From Candidatus Delongbacteria bacterium (lineage in GTDB: Bacteria; UBA4055), in the NCBI GenBank assembly GCA_016937995.1, contig JAFGVM010000016.1:18570-82569 (forward strand): a stretch of DNA of 64,000 nucleotides, in the 5' to 3' direction. Positions 1-8,014 of this stretch are shown here, piece after piece; positions within the stretch are counted from its first letter, which is position 1; each line of letters starts with the position of its first letter. The translations under genes were made by a program, and so were the position numbers. Below the pieces are notes generated by a model, which saw only the letters and a list, made by a program, of their open reading frames with translations, did not search any database and was not told the DNA's origin.

Positions 1-159
1 GGTTCAGAAACATACTTGTACATTTCCTGTGGAGATCATGAGATCATTTCCAGGATCGAATCAGGTGTTGATCATTATGCGATCGGAGATAAAGTCTCAT
101 TCCCGGTGAATATAAACAAAGCACATATCTTTGACGGTGAAACAGAAAAAAGGATATAA
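1..159 (+). CDS. 3-prime end of sugar ABC transporter ATP-binding protein (MalK/UgpC-like C-terminal regulatory domain), partial
   Basis: Frame 1 reads ...VSFPVNINKAHIFDGETEKRI* with stop at 157-159. The C-terminal beta-rich tail resembles MalK TOBE domains. It lies directly upstream of ABC permease genes. Confidence 0.5.
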   Translation, partial: GSETYLYISCGDHEIISRIESGVDHYAIGDKVSFPVNINKAHIFDGETEKRI

Positions 160-232
160 TCTCTCACGGAGCCACAGAGAACACAAAGAAAAATTGAGGG
201 TTTATTATCCTAACGGGATATAACCCCCATAA

Positions 233-252
233 CCACAGGTTTCAACCTGTGG
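233..252. promoter_or_regulatory. Perfect 20-bp palindrome CCACAGGTTTCAACCTGTGG between the ATPase and the SBP-permease gene
   Basis: The reverse-complement is identical when read directly. It shares the GGTTTCAACC core with hairpins at 14460, 14623 and 19589. Confidence 0.5.
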
Positions 253-274
253 AGAAACAGTAAGGAACACAGGA

Positions 275-2728
275 ATGCGTTCCACAGTGAAAATAAATAT
301 GAAAAAACACTTAAACATATTACTCCTCCTTATCTTAACAGCGAACATCTTCGCTGAAGACAATATCATCTTAAAAGTTTTCAAACTGCCAGACCCAAAG
401 AGTAATGAAGCTTTTAACAGAGCTGATATGGCAGTTATCGAAGCATTCAAGCAGAAATATCCTGAGATTGAACTCAGATCATACTCAGGTATCGAACTTG
501 AGAATATGGAACTCGATGCAGGTCCATTAATGGCAATTGCAGGTGGTGTATCCCCTGACATTATTTATGTAAATTTCAGACAATCAGCTACATATATCGA
601 AAATGATTTCCTTTATCCACTGGATGAGTTCATAGAAAACATTTCAGAGGAAGAATTGAACGGCAGGATAGCAAAACCTGTCTGGCCAGTAGTAAAGAGG
701 AAGAAAACAGGTGACAAAGATAAGCATGTCTGGTGCATGCCTTATGAAACTCTTGTCCGTGTAATGCTTTACAGGAAAGATCTTTTCTATAAAGTAGGCC
801 TTGACCCTGAACAGCCTCCTAAAGACTGGAACGAACTGCTTCAGTATTCCAAGAGAATGACGATCCCTGAAGAAGGTACTTACGGACTATATTTAGCTTC
901 AGGACCTCAGGCTGCTTACGACTGGATTACTTATCTCTGGAGTGCAGGAGGAGATGCCGTAGTTCAGGATCCTGATACAGATGAATGGTATGCTTCATTC
1001 AATGGCCGTCCTGCTATTGATGCGATGAAATTCTACCTTGAACTTATTACTACGAAGTGGAAAGACAGTGAGGGTAACCATCAGCAGGGATTTGTAATAA
1101 GAGAAGGTAACTGGGGAAATCTCAGGGATGATGGCAAGCTCGGTATCCTGATGGGATATATGGATGACAAAAGGCTCGGTGGTGAACTTGACCCTAATCT
1201 CTGGGGAATTGCTCCTCCACCAAAGGGTCCAACCGGTCTTAGAGGTTCAGAGATCAACTGTAGAATGATGGGAATTTTCTCTGGTGCAGGAATTTCCAAC
1301 AATGGCGGTCTCGGTGATAGAGATCCTGAAAAAGTCAGGGATGCAGCATGGAAATATATCCGTTTCTACGACAGTGATGAAGCGAGAAAGATCAGACTTG
1401 AAGTCATGATCAACGCAGGATACGGTAGAATGCAGAATCCTCTTTATCTGAGAAAATATGGCTATGAAGAATATTTAAAATATACTCCACCTGACTGGCT
1501 TGCAACATTTGAAGAAGCTATTGAAAACGGTAAACCTGAACCATACGGAAAAAATTGTCAGAAGATATATGAGTTCATGACCTACCCGATCGAAAAATGT
1601 ATTTCACTGGAAGAGAAAGGTCAGCTTGGAGATACAGTCGAAGAAAAGGAGAAGAATATTTCTCAGATATTCGATGCTGCTGTTGAAAGAACTAATCAGA
1701 AAATGATAGGAAGGATCACTCCTGATGAAAGAAATTTCAGGAACAGAGTTGCAGTTTTCGTAGCAATATTCATTTTCATATTCTTTTCTATTGTTCTCTA
1801 TAGGGTCTGGAAAATATTTACACCTGATATGATAATTAAGACCCGTAAAAAGAATAATAAGATCATTTTCATTGCAACTTTATTACTTCTTCCGGCTCTG
1901 GGATCAATAATTCTATGGAAATACGTACCTATGATCATGGGTACTTTTATTGCATTTCAGAATTATAGCATAGTTGGAAATTCTGAGTGGGTCGGTCTTG
2001 CTAACTTTGCAGATGTTCTCTTTGATCCTGTCTGGTGGTCAGCTCTTGGAAAAACATTTTACTACATGTTCTTATCTCTTGTCTTAGGGTTTGTTCCACC
2101 GATATTCCTCGCTATCTTCCTACAGGAAGTCTCTCACGGAAAAATGTTCTATAGGATAATTTATTATATGCCTGCAGTGATCAGCGGAGTTATCGTTATC
2201 TATCTCTGGAAACTTCTATATGATCCTTCTGATGCCGGTGGATTGAATCAGATACTGCTTTCACTGGGGTTTGAAAAAAGCAGATGGCTGAAAGAGGAAT
2301 CTCTTGCAATGATATTAACCATTCTTCCTTCTATCTGGGCCGGATTAGGACCGGGTTCTCTACTATATCTTGCTGCACTGAAAGGAATCCCCGATGATGT
2401 CTATGAAGCTGCTGATATTGACGGAGCTGGTTTCTTTCATAAACTCAGACATATAGTTTATCCTGCTCTTAAGTCATTGATACTGATCCAATTCATAGCT
2501 GCTTTCATTGCTGCGACACAGCAAAGTGAATTCATCCTCGTAATGACTTTCGGTGGACCGAATGAGGCAACGAAAGTTGCAGATCTGCTGATATTCGAAA
2601 AAGCTTATTTATACTTAAACTTTGGAATAGCAACAACAATGGCCTGGATGCTGGGATTACTGTTAATGTTCGTAACAGTGTTCCAGATAAGGAAACTATC
2701 AAACATGGAGTTCAAAGCGAACAGGTAG
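275..2728 (+). CDS. Fused extracellular solute-binding protein (family 1) and MalF/UgpA-like ABC permease
   Basis: 817-aa ORF. N-terminal signal peptide, then about 480 aa SBP-like domain. C-terminal about 330 aa has multiple TM helices and the EAA loop EAADIDGAGFFHKLRHIVYPAL. Confidence 0.8.
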   Translation: MRSTVKINMKKHLNILLLLILTANIFAEDNIILKVFKLPDPKSNEAFNRADMAVIEAFKQKYPEIELRSYSGIELENMELDAGPLMAIAGGVSPDIIYVNFRQSATYIENDFLYPLDEFIENISEEELNGRIAKPVWPVVKRKKTGDKDKHVWCMPYETLVRVMLYRKDLFYKVGLDPEQPPKDWNELLQYSKRMTIPEEGTYGLYLASGPQAAYDWITYLWSAGGDAVVQDPDTDEWYASFNGRPAIDAMKFYLELITTKWKDSEGNHQQGFVIREGNWGNLRDDGKLGILMGYMDDKRLGGELDPNLWGIAPPPKGPTGLRGSEINCRMMGIFSGAGISNNGGLGDRDPEKVRDAAWKYIRFYDSDEARKIRLEVMINAGYGRMQNPLYLRKYGYEEYLKYTPPDWLATFEEAIENGKPEPYGKNCQKIYEFMTYPIEKCISLEEKGQLGDTVEEKEKNISQIFDAAVERTNQKMIGRITPDERNFRNRVAVFVAIFIFIFFSIVLYRVWKIFTPDMIIKTRKKNNKIIFIATLLLLPALGSIILWKYVPMIMGTFIAFQNYSIVGNSEWVGLANFADVLFDPVWWSALGKTFYYMFLSLVLGFVPPIFLAIFLQEVSHGKMFYRIIYYMPAVISGVIVIYLWKLLYDPSDAGGLNQILLSLGFEKSRWLKEESLAMILTILPSIWAGLGPGSLLYLAALKGIPDDVYEAADIDGAGFFHKLRHIVYPALKSLILIQFIAAFIAATQQSEFILVMTFGGPNEATKVADLLIFEKAYLYLNFGIATTMAWMLGLLLMFVTVFQIRKLSNMEFKANR

Positions 2729-2742
2729 ACGTGTTAAATTAT

Positions 2743-2820
2743 GTCATTGCGAGGAAGGAACTGACGAAGCAATCTAAAAAAAGTGAGATTACCACAGCTT
2801 TTTCAAAGCTTCGTAATGAC
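2743..2820. repeat. GTCATTGCGAGG-family palindromic repeats upstream of the GIY-YIG gene
   Basis: GTCATTGCGAGGAAGG at 2743 and inverted GTCATTACGAAGC at 2806-2818. The same family recurs at 3134, 3206-3219, 3234-3270 and 11117. Confidence 0.6.
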
Positions 2821-2861
2821 AAGGTGTAAAAATGGAATAAAAAGTATTCAGTATATACATT

Positions 2862-3125
2862 ATGACGAACCAAAAGAATAAAACCTTATATACTGGTGTA
2901 ACAAGTGATTTAAAGAAAAGAATTTATGAACATAAAAATAAAATTCACAACAACAGTTTCACTGCGAAATACAACATAAATAAACTGGTTTATTACGAAA
3001 CAACTAACGATCCCACTTCAGCGATAACGAGGGAGAAACAAATAAAAGCTGGTAATAGACAAAAGAAATTAGATTTAATCAACGAATTTAATCCAGAATG
3101 GAAAGATTTATATGAGGATATCTAA
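2862..3125 (+). CDS. GIY-YIG nuclease superfamily small protein (UPF0213/YhbQ-like)
   Basis: 87 aa with LYTGVTSDLKKRIYEHK matching the GIY-YIG core. It is inserted between two permease genes. Confidence 0.75.
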   Translation: MTNQKNKTLYTGVTSDLKKRIYEHKNKIHNNSFTAKYNINKLVYYETTNDPTSAITREKQIKAGNRQKKLDLINEFNPEWKDLYEDI

Positions 3126-3133
3126 AATAATCT

Positions 3134-3270
3134 GTCATTGCGATGAATGAAATGAAGAAGAAATCTAGATTAGGAAATTAGAAATTAGGTTGCCACACAC
3201 CAATGGTGTTCGCAATGACTCAATAAAAAGAAGATTGCCACGGATTTTTGAAAAAAATCCTCGCAATGAC
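3134..3270. repeat. Cluster of GTCATTGCGA-type repeats downstream of the GIY-YIG gene
   Basis: GTCATTGCGATG at 3134. Inverted copies appear at 3206-3219 and 3234-3270. GATTGCCACGGATTTTTGAAAAAAATCCTCGCAATGAC is the reverse-complement homolog of the 11117-11151 element. Confidence 0.6.
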
Positions 3271-3287
3271 AAATAACGGAAAAACAA

Positions 3288-5573
3288 ATGCCAATTATAG
3301 GAAAAGTAGGTAACCGATCGTTCAAGGTTAAATTCCTGAACACCAGTATTCATACGATACTGCTCATCGGTAGTATCACTATGATATACCCTTTCCTTAT
3401 TATGCTATCCGCATCTTTTAAAAGTAACGTAGATTCAAAATATTTCGATATAATCCCGAAGTATTTCCATGACGATCAGATGCTTTATAAAAAGTACACT
3501 GAATCCCGTTTCAATGAAGAAGTACTCCAGTTTACAGCTCAATATAAGAACAAATATTTTTCATTCGATTATTTGCAGTTCCCTGAAAATGAGAATTCTA
3601 CACTAAACAATGACTGGAAAGAATTCCTAAAAGAGAACGAGCAGAATTATGATGAATTTGACTATGCGATCTCAGAACAGTTCTCAAGAGGGGTTTATAC
3701 CCGAAATGAACGTGCTTTCAGGGATAAAATGACAGATGAATTTGATGGTGATCTTGAAAAATTCAATACAAGATATGGAATTTCATCACCAACCTGGGAA
3801 GATGTCAGAGAAGAATCTAAAGATATCCTTTCAAGAAAATTTACCTCTGAGAAAGTCGGCATGATGGTAGCCTATGATAAATTCAGAACTGAACTTGAAG
3901 ATTGGCATAAGATATATCTTTCATTGGACGGACATTTTATAAGCAATGAACTTATTCCTGCGTATAGGAACAAACTTGATCTGCTGAATAAAGAACTTGG
4001 AACAGATTATACTTCCTGGGATAATATCGTACTTTCAAAGACTTTGCCTGATGGTAAGCTGAAAGATCACTGGATACATTATGTTAAGAAAAATCTGAAT
4101 GTTCACCATATCCTTTTAGACAGTCTCGGTCTTGAGAACTACAGAAGTTACCTTAAAGAAAAGTATGTCACTGTGAAAATGCTTAACGATACCTGGCAAA
4201 CAGATTTTTCTACTTACGATGAGATTTCTGCTGAGAATGCATACACACATGGATCTTCCCTGCTGGATTATATTTTCTTCATAGAAAACCAGGCTCAACC
4301 TGAGAATCTAAAGATCTCAAGTATTGAATTTGATTTCAGAGATTGGTTACAGAATAAGTACCCGGATATTTCCAATGTAAATACAAAATATTCAAATGGA
4401 TTTAAAGCATTCTCTGAAATAAAACTAAGTTCTGTTTATCCTGAAAGTAACTTGATGCTTCAGAATGACTGGAATTTATTCATCCGAAGTATTGATGATC
4501 TATCATCTCTGGAACTTTCAATGTCATGTCAGTATGAATACCTTGAATTTCTGAAGATAAAATTCCATAGAGCTGGAAAGTTAGACCTGCAGCAACTGAA
4601 TAATTCTCTCGGTACGAACTACGATAAAGAGATAAATATTTATCCTGCAAAGAAACTTCCTGCAAATGAAAAACAGGCTAAATACTGGAATGAATTCGTA
4701 AGAAACTATGTAAATCCGAAATTTATTACGGTCACTAAAGATCTAAACTCAAGCTGGCAGAAATATCTCACTGAAAAACATGGTGACATTGAGACTCTGA
4801 ATGAAACTTACAACTTGAAATTCAAAAACTTTGAAAACATCAGCATAGACTTTCAATACCTTGACTATCATATCTTCAAAGAGCATAAGAGTGACATCTT
4901 CTGGGAATTTGTAAAACGGAACTATGTGATGATCATTGATGCGATGCTTTTTAACGGTCGGGCGATAGTAAATACCCTCATCTATTGTCTTCTTGCAATT
5001 CTGACTGCTGTTATCGTAAATCCACTTGCAGCGTATGCTATGAGCCGTTTTAAACTGAAAGCAAATTATAAGATAATACTTGTTCTAATGCTTACAATGG
5101 CATTTCCTCCAATGGTAATGGGAATACCAAATTTCCTTATCCTGAAGAATATGAGTTTGCTCAACACTTTCTGGGCACTTATTCTACCCGGAGCAGCTGA
5201 TGGATATTTTATATTCCTGCTGAAAGGATTTTTCGATTCTCTTCCGAAAGAGCTTTTCGAGTCTGCTACCGTTGACGGTGCCGGAGAAGTCAAGATCTTC
5301 ACAAAGATAGCAATGTCCCTTTCAAAGCCTATCATGGCTGTTATTGCACTTGGAGCTTTCAATGCAGCTTACAGGAATTTTATGTTCGCATTCATTGTCT
5401 GTCAGGATCAGAGCATGTGGACTATGATGGTGCATATTTATCAGATAACTCAGAGAAGTTCATCAGGCGTAGGTTATGCTGCACTTGTTATAGCTGCAAT
5501 ACCAACATTTGCAGTATTTATCTTCTTCCAGAATATTATAATTAAAGGAATTGTTGTTCCAACGGAAAAATAA
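3288..5573 (+). CDS. MalG-like ABC permease with roughly 500-aa extracytoplasmic insertion after TM1
   Basis: 761 aa. TM1 near residues 20-40, a long soluble region, then C-terminal TM bundle with EAA loop ESATVDGAGEVKIFTKIAMSLSKP. Confidence 0.75.
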   Translation: MPIIGKVGNRSFKVKFLNTSIHTILLIGSITMIYPFLIMLSASFKSNVDSKYFDIIPKYFHDDQMLYKKYTESRFNEEVLQFTAQYKNKYFSFDYLQFPENENSTLNNDWKEFLKENEQNYDEFDYAISEQFSRGVYTRNERAFRDKMTDEFDGDLEKFNTRYGISSPTWEDVREESKDILSRKFTSEKVGMMVAYDKFRTELEDWHKIYLSLDGHFISNELIPAYRNKLDLLNKELGTDYTSWDNIVLSKTLPDGKLKDHWIHYVKKNLNVHHILLDSLGLENYRSYLKEKYVTVKMLNDTWQTDFSTYDEISAENAYTHGSSLLDYIFFIENQAQPENLKISSIEFDFRDWLQNKYPDISNVNTKYSNGFKAFSEIKLSSVYPESNLMLQNDWNLFIRSIDDLSSLELSMSCQYEYLEFLKIKFHRAGKLDLQQLNNSLGTNYDKEINIYPAKKLPANEKQAKYWNEFVRNYVNPKFITVTKDLNSSWQKYLTEKHGDIETLNETYNLKFKNFENISIDFQYLDYHIFKEHKSDIFWEFVKRNYVMIIDAMLFNGRAIVNTLIYCLLAILTAVIVNPLAAYAMSRFKLKANYKIILVLMLTMAFPPMVMGIPNFLILKNMSLLNTFWALILPGAADGYFIFLLKGFFDSLPKELFESATVDGAGEVKIFTKIAMSLSKPIMAVIALGAFNAAYRNFMFAFIVCQDQSMWTMMVHIYQITQRSSSGVGYAALVIAAIPTFAVFIFFQNIIIKGIVVPTEK

Positions 5574-5802
5574 ATTTTCATTACTCCCAATTTTTCGGAT
5601 TATCAATTATATATTGCCTGATATTGTTCAATTCTTTTTCGGTACGAATTACCCTTTCAAAATAATTACGTTGCCTTATTGTGATTTTGTTTTGTTGATT
5701 ATTTGTGTTTTTAACCCAATTCGCATTACCTCTCAATTCTAATTTCTAACTTCTAATTTAACAAAACAAAAGGTCAAATAATGAACCTTTGATGGAAATA
5801 CC

Positions 5803-5859
5803 TAATTTTTCTAAAAATTTTCTTAGGCAATCACTTTATTCATTATTAAATTAATTATC
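5803..5859 (+). promoter_or_regulatory. Conserved 57-bp upstream element, copy 1 (promoter/5-prime UTR of FISUMP lipoprotein gene)
   Basis: TAATTTTTCTAAAAATTTTCTTAGGCAATCACTTTATTCATTATTAAATTAATTATC is about 92 % identical to 6764-6820, at a similar distance from the start codon. Confidence 0.55.
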
Positions 5860-5897
5860 TGTACATTAAAATAAAAAATATCAAATCGGAGGATAGA

Positions 5898-6665
5898 ATG
5901 AACATCAGTTTAAAAACTGCAATAAGATCAATTGTGTCTCTATTGATTTTTTCGGTAGCTTCAACTTTGTTTTCTCAGGAAATTCTAACGATCAAGAAGA
6001 AAGATAATACTACCCTTAATATCCCTACTTCGGATATTGTCAGCCTCACTTTTTCCGGGTCTAAACAGATCATAGACGATAATTCCATAGTGGATGTAGA
6101 TGGAAATGTATATAATACCGTTAAGATCGGGATGCAGACATGGACCGGAAGGAATCTTGAGACAACAAAATTCAAGAACGGGGATCCGATCCCGATAGCT
6201 GGTTCCGAGGCTGAATGGGCAAATGCTGCGAAAACAGGAAAACCTGCCTGGTGCTATTATTTGGATGATTCTGAGAACGGTATTAAATACGGAAAATTAT
6301 ACAATTGGTATGCTGTGAATGATAAACGAGGATTAGCTCCTGAAGGATGGAGAGTTTCTTCAGCAAGTGACTGGGATGAAATAAAAAAGTTTTTGAAAAA
6401 TATTCCAGGTGCTAAATTAAAAGAGAAAGGCAATGCGAATTGGGTTAAAAACACAAATAATGTTACAAACGAAACTGGTTTTACCGCTCTTCCCGGTGGT
6501 GTAAGAACAGATAATGGTAAATTTAGCGGCTTAGGATCAGTTGGAGTGTGGTGGACTTCTGATATTATAGGTCTGCGTATTGCAATATGGGATTATAATT
6601 CGTCAGTTCAACAAATGAAACAGAACAAAGGTTACGGATATTCTGTAAGATTAGTTAAAGAATAA
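5898..6665 (+). CDS. FISUMP (Fibrobacter succinogenes major paralogous domain, TIGR02145-like) lipoprotein
   Basis: Signal peptide present. Motifs GKLYNWYAVND and GFTALPGG. It is a paralog of 11290..12030. Confidence 0.75.
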   Translation: MNISLKTAIRSIVSLLIFSVASTLFSQEILTIKKKDNTTLNIPTSDIVSLTFSGSKQIIDDNSIVDVDGNVYNTVKIGMQTWTGRNLETTKFKNGDPIPIAGSEAEWANAAKTGKPAWCYYLDDSENGIKYGKLYNWYAVNDKRGLAPEGWRVSSASDWDEIKKFLKNIPGAKLKEKGNANWVKNTNNVTNETGFTALPGGVRTDNGKFSGLGSVGVWWTSDIIGLRIAIWDYNSSVQQMKQNKGYGYSVRLVKE

Positions 6666-6701
6666 TTTTTTGATTATTCGTGGTAAATGTTTTAATTCGT
6701 T

Positions 6702-6729
6702 GAGGGAAGACTTTAGAGCCTTCCCTTTC
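6702..6729 (+). terminator. Hairpin GAGGGAAG-loop-CTTCCCTTTCT after the FISUMP gene
   Basis: 6-7 bp GC-rich stem followed by a T-rich stretch. Confidence 0.5.
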
Positions 6730-6763
6730 TGTTTCCTCCGTGACTCTGCGTCTCCGTGAGATA

Positions 6764-6820
6764 TAATTTTTCTAAAAATTTTCTTAGGTAATCCCTATAT
6801 TCATCATTAAATTAATTATC
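6764..6820 (+). promoter_or_regulatory. Conserved 57-bp upstream element, copy 2 (upstream of fba)
   Basis: Near-identical to 5803-5859. Followed by an AT-rich stretch and an AAGGAGA ribosome-binding site. Confidence 0.55.
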
Positions 6821-6857
6821 CCAAATATAAATATTTAAAATAAATAAGGAGATTCTC

Positions 6858-7868
6858 ATGACAGTAAGTTACAAAGAACTCGGACTTGTGAACACCAAAA
6901 AAATGTTCAAGAGAGCAATGGATGGTGGCTACGCAGTACCTGCCTACAACTTTAACAATATGGAGCAAATTCAGGCAATCATTACAGCTTGTTTAGAAAC
7001 TCAGTCACCTGTTATTTTACAGGTTTCAAGTGGTGCTCGTAAATATGCTGACCAAACAATGTTAACATACATGGGGCAAGGCGCAGTTGAAATGATGAAG
7101 CGTATGGCGGTTGAAAAAGGATTAAATGAAATTCCGATCGCTCTGCACTTAGATCATGGTGATACTTTAGAATTATGTAAGAGTTGTATCGAATCAGGTT
7201 TTTCATCTGTCATGATAGATGCATCACATCATTCATTTGAAGAAAATATCCGCATCACAAAAGAAGTTGTTGATTATGCACATCAGTATGATGTAACGGT
7301 TGAAGGAGAGTTAGGTGTATTAGCCGGTGTTGAAGATGATGTTGTCGCTGAAAAATCATCCTACACAAAGCCGGAAGAAGTTATTGAGTTCGTTGAAAGA
7401 ACAGGCGTTGATTCATTAGCGATTTCCATAGGAACATCACATGGTGCTAATAAATTTACACCCGAACAATGTACAAAAAATGACGATGGAACATTCACTC
7501 CACCACCACTGCGTTTTGATATTTTAGAAGCAATTCAAGAAAAACTTCCAAGCTTTAACATCGTTCTTCATGGATCATCTTCTGTTCCACAAGAAGCTGT
7601 TAAGATCATTAATGAAAACGGTGGAGCATTAAAAGACGCAATTGGTATTCCTGAAGAGCAGTTACGTACTGCGACAAAATATAATGTTTGTAAAGTTAAC
7701 ATCGACTCTGATGGTCGTTTATGGATGACAGCAGCTATCCGTAAGCATTTGACTGATAATCCTGGTCACTTTGACCCGCGTCAATATCTTAAACCAGCTC
7801 GTCAAGCATTGATTGATATGTACAAGCACAAGAACCGTAACGTACTGGGCTCTGCGGATCGTTATTAA
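6858..7868 (+). CDS. fba: Fructose-bisphosphate aldolase, class II
   Basis: LHLDHGD motif and class II FBA architecture. 336 aa. Confidence 0.9.
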   Translation: MTVSYKELGLVNTKKMFKRAMDGGYAVPAYNFNNMEQIQAIITACLETQSPVILQVSSGARKYADQTMLTYMGQGAVEMMKRMAVEKGLNEIPIALHLDHGDTLELCKSCIESGFSSVMIDASHHSFEENIRITKEVVDYAHQYDVTVEGELGVLAGVEDDVVAEKSSYTKPEEVIEFVERTGVDSLAISIGTSHGANKFTPEQCTKNDDGTFTPPPLRFDILEAIQEKLPSFNIVLHGSSSVPQEAVKIINENGGALKDAIGIPEEQLRTATKYNVCKVNIDSDGRLWMTAAIRKHLTDNPGHFDPRQYLKPARQALIDMYKHKNRNVLGSADRY

Positions 7869-7879
7869 TCATATTTGTA

Positions 7880-7940
7880 GGGGAAGGCTCCCACGCCTTC
7901 CCGGAATCGTAGGGGCGTAATTTATTACGCCCTTTTTTTA
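7880..7940 (+). terminator. Tandem hairpins (GGGAAGG..CCTTCCC and GGGGCGTAATTTATTACGCCC followed by a T-run)
   Basis: Perfect stem-loops followed by TTTTTTT, just downstream of the fba stop. Confidence 0.75.
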
Positions 7941-7949
7941 TTGTTTTTT

Positions 7950-7982
7950 CATTGTAAATTGTCCATTGTCCATTGTAAATTT
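7950..7982 (+). promoter_or_regulatory. Direct repeats CATTGTAAATT-GTC-CATTGTC-CATTGTAAATT upstream of the GH38 gene
   Basis: Four CATTGT hexamers within 33 bp, about 30 bp before the start codon. Confidence 0.35.
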
Positions 7983-8014
7983 CTTTAAATGCAATCAAAC
8001 CTGAGGGAATCATC

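Noticed and set aside
205-561. 118-aa minus-strand ORF overlapping the SBP-permease start
   Set aside because: Antisense to a strongly supported gene. No motifs. Low-complexity translation.
1081-1302. 73-aa minus-strand ORF inside the SBP domain
   Set aside because: Shadow ORF with Pro/Ser-rich nonsense translation.
5551-5742. 63-aa ORF in the AT-rich spacer after the permease
   Set aside because: Low-complexity, overlaps the permease stop region. Likely non-coding promoter DNA.
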